A stretch of 64,000 bases of DNA from Paraspadella gotoi. Taxonomy: Eukaryota; Animalia; Chaetognatha. This document shows, piece by piece, positions 1 through 11,200 of this stretch. Numbering within the stretch: position 1 is the stretch's first letter; each line of letters begins with the position of its first letter. Where the stretch lies: positions 4,223,025-4,287,024 of the forward strand of contig CM119265.1 of NCBI GenBank assembly GCA_051294375.1, given 5' to 3'. A program made the translations under genes and the position numbers. The notes under the pieces were generated by a model, which saw nothing but the letters and a program-made list of their open reading frames with translations, did no database searches and was not told the DNA's origin.

Positions 1-769
1 TTCAAAACAGCTTTCCTTTTGGGTATCAGCTGTTTTGAAGTTTCCATGGTAAAAAAACCAAAAAAAAACAAATAACAAAAATGGATAAAAAAATTTTTTC
101 CGCAAAAAAAAGGAAATTGTAAGACAAAATTTCGATCCTTTTTNNNNNNNNNNNNNNNNNNNNNNNNNNNNNNNNNNNNNNNNNNNNNNNNNNNNNNNNN
201 NNNNNNNNNNNNNNNNNNNNNNNNNNNNNNNNNNNNNNNNNNNNNNNNNNNNNNNNNNNNNNNNNNNNNNNNNNNNNNNNNNNNNNNNNNNNNNNNNNNN
301 NNNNNNNNNNNNNNNNNNNNNNNNNNNNNNNNNNNNNNTAAAAACCTCGTCATGGGACGACAGAAAAGCGAGATAGTAGAGGGTTCAAAGTTTAAACTTT
401 TTTTGAGCAGATCTGTAGTTNNNNNNNNNNNNNNNNNNNNNNNNNNNNNNNNNNNNNNNNNNNNNNNNNNNNNNNNNNNNNNNNNNNNNNNNNNNNNNNN
501 NNNNNNNNNNNNNNNNNNNNNNNNNNNNNNNNNNNNNNNNNNNNNNNNNNNNNNNNNNNNNNNNNNNNNNNNNNNNNNNNNNNNNNNNNNNNNNNNNNNN
601 NNNNNNNNNNNNNNNNNNNNNNNNNNNNNNNNNNNNNNNNNNNNNNNNNNNNNNNNNNNNNNNNNNNNCGTCACGCTTTTTTCTTTCTTTTTTTCTCTTT
701 TTCTTTCTGTCTCTCTCTCTTTAACTCTCTCTTTTACTCATACACGTATTTGATTGTTTTATTTACGTT

Positions 770-1000
770 GAATGAATCATCGCATCAATGAATGATTATC
801 ATCACATCAATGAATGACGATCATCGTATCAATCATTAGGTTATCATGACATCTATCATTTGGTTATCATCGCATCCATTATTGGTTATTGGTTATCATC
901 GCATCAATTTTTTGTCTTTACTATTACTATTACATCAATCATTTACTATTACATCAATCAAATACTATTACATCAATAATTTGTTATCGCATCAATCATT
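770..1000. repeat. ~21-23 nt minisatellite (TATCATCGCATCAAT...) in a dispersed repeat
   Basis: Tandem units are visible. The reverse complement of the same block and its CT-rich flank recurs at ~31680-32070. Confidence 0.75.
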
Positions 1001-1254
1001 CGTTTTTTCCCAGATTTTTCCATTAATTTTCTTTGATAGTCCCGGCTAGCGAGATCCATACTGTATACTTTCTTTCAAGATTTTTTTCTTTATGATTCAT
1101 AAAAATAGAATATATTTCTTCTGTTAATTATAAGTGCATGCATTTAGTTTTCCTTGTATTTTGATTTATTTTTGGCGTGCGGGGACGGGCGGGATAATAT
1201 CTTGTACTTAGGCAAATATGTTAACATTTCCTTTTAAAACTCCTACCAACCCAA

Positions 1255-1522
1255 TTCTCTCCCTCTCTCTCTCTTTCTCTCTCTCCTTCCCTCTCTCTCT
1301 CTCTTTCTCTCTCTCTCCCTCTCGTCTCTCCTTCCGCTCTCCTCCTGCCCTCACTCTATCTCTCTCGCCCTCCCTCTCTCTCTCTCTCCTCCCTCTCTCT
1401 CCCTCTCTCTCCTCTCCTTCTCCATCCCTCTCTCTCTCTCCCTTCCTCTCTCTCTCCCTCCCTCTCTCTCTCTCTCCCTCTCTGTCTCTCTCTATCGCTC
1501 TCTCTCTCCCTCTCATCTCTCC
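1255..1522. repeat. (CT)n-rich microsatellite forming the polypyrimidine tract of a PDE exon
   Basis: Continuous degenerate CT repeat ending at the AG at 1525-1526. Confidence 0.95.
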
Positions 1523-1526
1523 TTAG

Positions 1527-3322
1527 CTACTTTAGTCTGGGGCGGGATCGCCATGTACTACGACGAGATGTTACGTCGGCCTCAGAAAAGTCGAAACCTC
1601 AATGAGTTTCTTCTCGACGTCATCAAGTCACTCTTCAAGGACATCTCCACTGACAAGGTTGGCTTCGACGTCGTCGTCGTCGTCGTTGTTGTTGTCGTTG
1701 TTCGCATCGTCTCATTCCCAATTTTCTTTCTTGGGGACAGCGATACCTATATCATTGTTGTCGTCGTCGTCGTCGTCGTCATCGTCGTAACAAAAATATT
1801 TAGACGAGGGTATAACAAGGTATTTCTGTCGTTTTATCGTCGTCGTCGTCGTCGTCGTCGTCGTCCTCATTATCGAAAAAGTTTTTTTTGGGTGAAACTC
1901 TTAATGTCGTTTTTATCTTTCGCTTGTCATTGTAATAATCTCTAAATGAATAACCTTAAATTTCAAATCGCTGATTTAACCATTTGATCTTCTCGGCGCT
2001 TATTAGACCTACCTATCAAACCCCTCCTCCACATATGGAGCCCTAAACCAGCAAAGCTTGTCCAAAGTCAGGGGTAAGATAGCTTATTTAATATTTATTA
2101 AAAGAATATGGTTGTTCGAATTTCATAAAGGTCGTGTCCAGAATCATGGCCTACGCCAAACGCCTCGTCGACGCGGACAGAGCGTCGCTCTTTATGGTGG
2201 ACGCCAAGCAGGAGGAACTCTACGCCCACGTTTTCGATCAGGGTGATTGATTGATTGATTGATGGTTTGATTGGCTGATTGATTGATTGAATTTAATTAT
2301 TACTCGAATAATTGATTGATGAAACAAATGATTGACGTGATTTATTAATATAAAGAACGAATTATTACTTGATTGATTACTTTAATAAATGATTGTTTAA
2401 AATCGTTATTTATTGATTTTTTTTGATTGAATAATTGATTGATTAATTGGCTTCAGGGGACATCTATGTAGACGGAGATTTCGTTCCGAACACAAAACCC
2501 GAGGAGATACGATTTCCCAAAGACAAAGGAATCGCAGGTAAAGAACAATCAAAAGAACAAATTATTATAATAATAATAATAATAATAATAAAAGTATTAA
2601 TCAACCGTGGCTCTATTCTTCCAAGGTCACGTGGCCACTACCGGCGAAACTCTCAACATCCCCGACGTCTACGCGGATCCTCGTTTCAACCGCGACGTGG
2701 ACGCCATGACGGGATATCGCACGCGGACGATCCTCTGCATGCCGATTCGCACGCGCGACGCCGTCATCGGGGTCGTTCAACTCGTCAACAAAAGAGGCGG
2801 CGCCTTCACCAAGAAGGACGAGGCCGCCTTTCAAGTCTTCGCCGTCTACTGCGGTTTGGCGCTGCACAACGCCGGCCTTTACGACCGATTGTGGAAGAGC
2901 GAGCAGGTAGCGCCTCCTTTCGGCTCTATTTTCCTAGAACGCCCCATTTTATCTTAAATTCGTAATTAAGTTATTCTTTAAGTAAAAAAAAATTAGGCGA
3001 AAGGTTTAGGGATTAGGTTAAGAATTGAAGTTGGAGATTAGGGTTTTGAATTAGTGATTAGTATTTATAGTTAAGGTTAAATAATAGTTTAGGGTTGAAT
3101 CCTAATACGCGGAACCGACCATTGGAGAGTTACACTCTCATCAATTATCCTTTTGTAAAACAAGCCTCGCAAGGCTACGCTTAGAAGTTGCCATATAACC
3201 TTACCCCGTAAGAAAGCTCTGTAGGGTGAATATCGGACAATTGCCGATGGCCTGATTATTCTAATCAGAAAAAACCCTCCCAATCCAACCCCCCTCCCTC
3301 TCTCTCGCTCTCTTCACCCCCC

Positions 3323-3375
<53 letters not shown>

Positions 3376-5371
3376 GCTACAAAGTGGCCAACGAAATCAT
3401 GTCTTATCATTACAAATGCACCGACGAAGAAGTTGACAGAATTCGTCGACTTCCTCCTCATCCGATTCATTTCGTTAAAGGATTCAATCGATTCGACTTT
3501 TTTGGTTGGCACATCCACTCTGACGTCAAGGTGAGCGGGAAGAGTTTGATTGGTTGTTAAAGGTGAGCGGGAAGAGTTTGATTGGTTGTTAAAGGTGAGT
3601 GGAAAGATTTTGATTGGTTGTTAAAGGTGAGCGGGAAAAGTTTGATTGGTTGTTAAAAGGTGAGTGGGGAGAGTTTGATTGGTTGATAAAGGTGAGCGGG
3701 AGGAGTTTTGATTGGTTGTTAAAGGTGAGTGGGAAAGAGTTTGAATGGATTGTTAAAGGTGAGCGGGAGAGTTGACTGGTTGTTAAAGGTGAGCGGGACG
3801 AGTTTTGATTGGTTGTTAAAGGTGAGTGGGAAGAGTTTAATTGGTTGTTAAAGGTGAGCGGAAGAGTTTGATTGGTTGTTAAAGGTGAGCGGGAAGAGTT
3901 TTATTGTTGTTAAAGGTGAGCGGGGAAGAGTTTGAATGGTTGATAAAGGTGAGTGGGAAGAGTTTGATTGGTTGTTAAAGGTGAGGGGAAAGTTTGATTG
4001 GTTGTTAAAGGTGAGGGGAATAGTTGTTTGGTTGGTTAAAGGTGAGTGGGAAGAGTTTGATTGGTTGTTAAAGGTGAGCGGGAAGGTTTGAATGGTTGTT
4101 AAAGGTAGGTGGAAGAGTTTGATTGGTTGTTAAAGGTAAGCGGGAAGAGTTTGATATGGTTGTTAAAGGTGAAGCGGGAAGAGTTTTATTGGTTGTAAAG
4201 GTAAGCGGGAAGAGTTTTGAATGGTTTGTTAAAGGTGAGCGGGAAGAGTTTGAATGGTTGTTAAAAGTGTGAGTGGGAAGAGTTTGATTGGTTGTTAAAG
4301 GTGAGCGGAAGAGTTTGAATGTTGTTAAAGGTTGAGCGGGAAGAGTTTGATTGGTTGTTAAAGGTGAGCGAAAAGAGTTTTTGATTGATTGTGTAAAAGG
4401 ATACGGATGCGAAAGTCTATTTGTTCGATCGTAGTCGAAAACGTTGTGTTCTGGCGACACCAAATCTTTTGTGACATTGCTTCTTAAATTTGACTACTGA
4501 GTCGATACTTTATGATTTATCTTTAGTTTAATATTTGTTTGTCGCTTTCTTTAATTGTATCTTGGATCTTGAATTGTATTTAAAGTTATGTAAAAAATTG
4601 AATAGTTTAAAAAATCGCATAAAAATTTCCAATTTAATGGTATTCTTCTAAATATTTTGCCACTGAATTCAAACTCTCCATCAATTACTTCCGTTCTGAA
4701 TATTCTTCGCATCCCGAACCACCCTCCTTCCTCCCAACGACTCTCAAACCACCTTCCCGACTAAAAACCACCCTTCCACTTTCCCAAACCAATCTCCCAA
4801 CCCTGACCTCCAGGTCCAACACGTGGTGGAGATGTTCTACGAACTCTTCGATCGAGCGACGTCTTCGGCGTCGGCGTCGCGCGCTTCGACGCCATCGTCG
4901 GTCGACGCCGCCGGCGCCACGACGCCGGCCACGCCCGCGACGACGCCCCTCGGCGTAGTCCTCAAGAGCAGCGAGCGATGGTCGTCGACGAGCCACTCGG
5001 GCGGAACCGCGAGGCTCTACATCGATAAGGAGCAGATCCTCAACTTCTTGCTCACGGTTTGCGGTTGGGGTTTGGTTGGGCTGGTGATTTGGTGTGTCGA
5101 TGGGTTTGTTAATTTGATTGTAATTTCTTTGGTTTGTTTGGTTCAGCTGCAAGTTACTTAGTTAATTGGGAAGAATGATATTTGTTGGATGAAAAGTGTA
5201 AAAGGTCGGCCTATTGATATGTTGATTGCTCGATGTATAATTTCGATGTATATTTACAATATATTCTTATATCTTGATTCCTCTGCGATGGCATAGACGC
5301 TGTAACGTCTAAAATAATGTGTAAAAGAGCCTCTTTTTATCGAGCCTGGCCATGGCTATATAATGATTTAG

Positions 5372-5415
<44 letters not shown>

Positions 5416-8196
5416 TGAGTTCTCCAATACTTTTACAATAAACTCTATTGGTTTATTTCTTGTCCTCAAAATACCGAGACACATTATACCAGTGAATCCA
5501 GACTAAAACACTTAATCATTTGAAACTACCTTTCCTTCACAAAACAAGTTCAAACGTAAAAAAAACCAAAAAAAAACACGAATGTTAATACTGTTTTTGA
5601 TATTAATTAAAAAAAAAACTTCAACAGGGTTATGACTTAAATCTTTTCCGCTCATAGGAAAGTACCTTTTATTAAGTAACTAGTTATTTTACTTTACATT
5701 TAGCTTATGTGTATGGATGAATGAAAAGAAAATTAAAATAAAAATCCGATAATGATAGTCTTCACAATCCTGGTCCCACTTCCCAACCACCCCTTAGGTC
5801 CGCAAGAACTATCGCCAGATCCCCTACCACAATTGGAACCACGCCTTCGAAGTGGCCCGCGCCATGTTCTGCCTCCTCAAGTCGCAACACAGATTCTCGA
5901 TGTTGGAAGGAGTTGGGCTCTTCATCGGTTGCCTCTGTCACGACGTAGACCACAGGGGGAAGACAAATTCGTTCATGGCGAGTTTTAGATTTAGCTATTG
6001 ATTTGATTATATAATTGATTTGATAGTCTGACCAAATAAATTATTAGATAGATTTATAAATGAATTGATACACCGTTCTATGGATAGTAGATGGTCTCGA
6101 GTTCATCTGATTAATTGATTGAATGATTGATCGATTAATTAGTTGGTTATATCCTCGATGTCAGGTTAAAAGCTCCTCACCATTGTCTCTCCTCCACACA
6201 ACTTCGACCCTTGAGCATCACCACTTCAAACACACCGTCTCCATCTTACAGCAGGTTAATATAACAATAATTAATAGGCAAAAAAAAAGAACAATTTACA
6301 TATAAGTGCCCCTTTTACGCTAACAGTGAAAATAAAGTAAGTTTTAAGTTTAACAAGTTTGAGCAAACAATGTCGGATCTGCCCACGATCATTATCGGTA
6401 ATTAATTAATTAATTAATAATTAATTCAAGTTAATTATTTAATTAATTAATAATTAATTTATTCAAGTTAATTATTTAATTAATTAGGCAATTAATTAAT
6501 TAATTTGATCCAAAATATTTGTTTTGATTGATTAATTGACTGATAAATTATTGATTAATTAATTGACTAATTAATTAATTAACTGATTAATTTTTTAATT
6601 AATTAATACATCTTGCATTTACATTAAAAATAAAAAGAAAAAGAAGCATAATCAATTAGTGAAATAGGTTCTTTGTTTTTTCCATTTAAACTCATTTCCA
6701 CTCAAACGATTCCATCAAAACTTGATTTCCAGTTTAATCACACACTTTCTACCCAAATACAAAATTTCAAGTCATCCACTCATGAGTAATTGATGTTCAA
6801 ATAATGAAATATATTTTTTTTGTTTTTTCCATTTAAATTCATTTCCACTCGGACGATTCCATCGAAACTTCATATACAGCTCAATCACACACTTCCTTAC
6901 CCACACACAAAATTCCATTCCAATCCATCCATCCATTCACGAGTAATTTGTGTTTTTTGCTAAGTTTAAATTTATCATAATTCGATGTTCTGACATGATA
7001 TAAGTGAGTGCCCGACAATATTGAGGGGGCGGACCGACGGACCGACAAAGTGAATTATAGAGTCGGGATCTGCTGAAAGCAGATCCGACTAAAAATTAGT
7101 GTGGAAGTCCGCGACAAAGAGACTGCTCGCGGTTAGGTTAGTTATTTGGTTAGAGATTTGGTTAAAAATTAGGGTTATGGTTTAGGGTTACTGGATAAGG
7201 CTACGGATTTGAGTTAGGGATAGGTTTAGGGATTAGTTTAGGTATAAGGGCAGGTTATTAAACTATTAGATGATGGTTAAATATTTGAGTTTCAAATTAA
7301 ATTAAGGGATTGCGAACGGAAAAGGGGCAATTTCGGAAAATAGTGCTTTAAGAATAGCAAATTAAATGTTAGAAGTATTTTTAAATATATTAACAAGGAC
7401 CGACACAACATCTTCGAACGATTCAAACCTGACGAGTACAAGGACGTCCTCCGCGTGATCAAGCATTGTATTCTGGCGACGGATTTGGTGCAATTCTTCA
7501 AGAACAAACCTTTGCTGGAGAATCTCGCGGAAACGCAGGGTGAGAGAGGAAAGAGATTTAGGGAGAGGAAAGAGACTTAGGGAGAGGAAAGAGATTTAGG
7601 GAGAGAATGAAGATAGGAAAGAGAGAAGATAATGGAATGAAGAAAAAAAGGAAAGATGGGAGGAATGTATTGTGAGCAGACTAAGTTCGAAAGGATGATA
7701 GGATGAAAAAAAGAAGAAAAAATAGATAAGTCCAAGGAATTTTGAATATTTTGATTTAGAAAATTAAGAAAGGAAAGGAAGAACTTTGTTTTTCCGGAAA
7801 ACGTATATCACAGGTGAAAAGAAAAATCGACGGTTAAAAACTAAATACATTCGAAAAAACAAACAAAACAACAACATCAATGTTATATATACCAAATCCA
7901 CATCTCCACTCCTGCCATCTTTAGGCGGATTCGACTGGGATTCCCCCACGCATCGCGATCTTCTCATGGCCGTCGGCATGACCGCCTGCGACCTCTCCTC
8001 GGGCTACACCGAGTGGGAGGGGAGTAGACATCTCGCCTCCAAGCTCATGGAAGAGTTCTGGCAGCAAGGAGACGAGGAGAGATTGCAGGGTCTAACCCCG
8101 ATCGAGCAGATCGAGCCAATTCTGGACAGGAGGCAGGAGAACAATCTGCCAGTGTTGGAGGTAAGTAAAACATGAATAATAATAATAATAATAATA

Positions 8197-8293
<97 letters not shown>

Positions 8294-11200
8294 TGTTTGA
8301 GCTGCCTCGGTTTAATATCAAAATTGTTTAATTTGGCTGACTTTCTCGTAGACGACGATCGAGAATTCAACGATGTTTTAAATGTTTATTTCTTTCGAGA
8401 TAAACGGAGACGATGAATAAAAATGTTTCAATTGTTTCACAATAAACAACACGTTAAAATCCACTTAATAACAGTTTAATAAACGACATGAAAACGTTCG
8501 ACGTCGGGGAACGCAATAATCTTCACGGGAAAAAAGTTAAAATAAAAATTTATTGTCTTCAAGTATTTGCAAAGAAAACGTAACGATGGGATTAAAAAAG
8601 TTAAGGGTGTTGGGCGCGAACCCGCGACCTTTTCGTTAATAGCACCACGCTCTAACCAGCTGAGCTAACCGGCCACGGTTGTGTTAATCGCCTTTTTTTA
8701 TATATAAAATTCAAACTTAATCTAAACTTTATATTCTATATTAAGGCGTAGTAAAATTTCTAAATTTAACTTTAATTAAAATTCTAAAAGTGAGGAACGA
8801 ACAACATTATACTAATGAACATTTATGTAATAAAAAAATTTAGAATAACTTTTACAATTTATGCAGTAGGCCATATTTATACTAATACTAAACCAATAAA
8901 TGTTCAATTTTCAAAACAGTTTTTTTAAAGATTTTTTTGCAGATTTGGATTCGTCATAAAAAGTTGATAAAAAGAAATATAACTCTTTTTGAAAAATTGT
9001 TTTATTAAGTGGGTCAAAAATTATAAAAAGCTATATTTTAAGCTGAAAATTAACTTTTTATATATTAAATATATTTTTTTAAATTTTTAACCCACTTAAT
9101 GAAACAATTTTTTATAATGATTTATATTTTCTTTTATCAACTTTTGACGAGGAATTCAAATCTGCAATTAAAATTAAGAAAAGCCTATTTCGAAAATTTT
9201 CAATAATATAAGGATAGTACTATATATAAATTTAGCCTACTGCGAAAATTAAAAAACATAAAATTAATTTTTTTTACAAATTAATATTCACTGATGGTAT
9301 GTTGTTCATAATTGACTTTTAGAATTTTTGTATGTAACTTTCACTACGCCTTATTCTATATAGTGATTTACGAAAACTTAAGTAAGTTATTCTCTCACGT
9401 AGCCTCTTCTAAGGAAACATCTTTTTTAAATAATGTCTTAGTTGATCGTCTTCTCATGCCTAACACGCAGAAGGTCCCAGGGTCGAAACTGGGCAGTACC
9501 TGTTTTTTCAATTTTTGAAAATAAACTTTCGAACATCGATTGTGGTCGACAAGTATATACCATGATGGAAAAAAAGTGTCGCGGTTACTTTCCAGCTATT
9601 TTTTGACATTTTAATGTAAGAATCGAAAAATAAAATTTAAATATTAAGAAACTTCGGCCTTTTGTGATTCATATAAGCTGTGTCTCATTTATGTATGACA
9701 AAAACTACAAGAGTTCCATGTAAAAGAAAATACGTTGTCCAAAAAAGGCTTCCTTCATTTTTATCTTTTTTATATCTATACTTTTTATTTATACTCATTT
9801 CCAGTTCTTTTTTATTACTTTTTGAGTTTAACCAATACTATTTAAAATCCCTGCCTTTTCTCAGTCTCATGTCAAATGGTTATTGCATTATCTCTATTAG
9901 GATAGATTCATATGTCAAAAAAAGAACAATATTAAAAATACATTGATGCTGTAGATGTTACAGAATATTTTTTTTAAATTGTAAAGTATCAATAAAAGTT
10001 ATAAGGTTCCGGGTAACCTTTCTGTAAAAAAAGTTATAATTTTTATTTACCTTTGGATGTATAATCAGAATCAAGTATCAAACAAGTCGAAAAATAAAAA
10101 AAATTATTTTTATTAAAGTGAAAGACAATAAATTATCACATTATGAAGCAACAACTCAAGCCTGGTTTACTTTATAGAGGATCAATCTTGCATATACATT
10201 TAATATAAAAGGAAAAAAAATCATAATCAATTAGTGAAACAGGTTTTTTTTCCATTTAAACTCATTTCCACTCAAACGATTCCATCGAAACTTGGTTTCC
10301 TGTTCAATCACACACTTTCCTACTCACATACAAAATTTCATGTCAATCGCCCCATCCACTCATGAGCAAATAGTTCAAATAGTGAATTATATTTTTTTGT
10401 TTTTTCCATTTAAACTCATTTCCACTCGGACGATTCCATCGAAACTTTATATCCAGCTCAATCACACACTTCCCTACCCACACACAAAATTTCATTCAAA
10501 TCGATCCATCCAATCACGAGTAATTGGTGTTTTTTGCTAAGGTGGGATGGACGGACGGACATCATTTTTTTTGCATAATTTATCATAATTCGATGTTCTG
10601 ACATGATATAAGTTAGTGCCCGACAACATTGAGGGGGCGGAACGACAGACCGACAAAGTGAATTATAGAGTCAAGATCTGCTGATAAGCAGATCCGATTA
10701 AAAAGAATTCGAAATTCTTCAAAAATTACCATATGATTCTTTTCTTTGATCGATTTTCCGATTTTAATTTGCTTAGCGCACTTTTAAAAGGATTAAATTA
10801 AAGATTTTATATTTAACAAACATACACCTATTACTTATAATATAAATATAAAAAAATATTAAATTAGGTCAATTTCTTTTTAATATCAAAATTATAAATC
10901 AAAAGTCGTTCAACTACCATAAATAATTTCTTTAAGAACCAAATTTGTTGGTTAATGAATTTTTTCTCCATATTTTTAGTCGGATCTGCTGAAAAGCAGA
11001 TCCCGACTCTATAATTCACTTTGTTTGTCTGTCGGTCCGCCCCCTCAATCTTGTCGGGCATTCACTTATATCATGTCAGAACATCGAATTATGATAAATT
11101 ATGCAAGAAAAACGATGTCCGTCCGTCCGTCCGTCTGTCCGTCCATCCCACCTTAACAAAAAATACCAATTACTCGTGATTGCCTGGATGGATTGGAATG

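Noticed and set aside
1527-1540. Apparent +1 frameshift at the start of the first visible PDE exon (CTACTTTAGTC)
   Set aside because: It can be explained by the alternative acceptor TTTAG|TC at 1535 or by a homopolymer error, so it is not evidence of pseudogenisation.
1208-1945. ORFs with RE/SL, poly-V and poly-R runs (also 8004-8370, 17906-18165, 44233-44577)
   Set aside because: They are translations of microsatellites and minisatellites.
3531-4400. CRISPR-like array
   Set aside because: These are head-to-tail tandem units with no unique spacers, in a eukaryotic intron.
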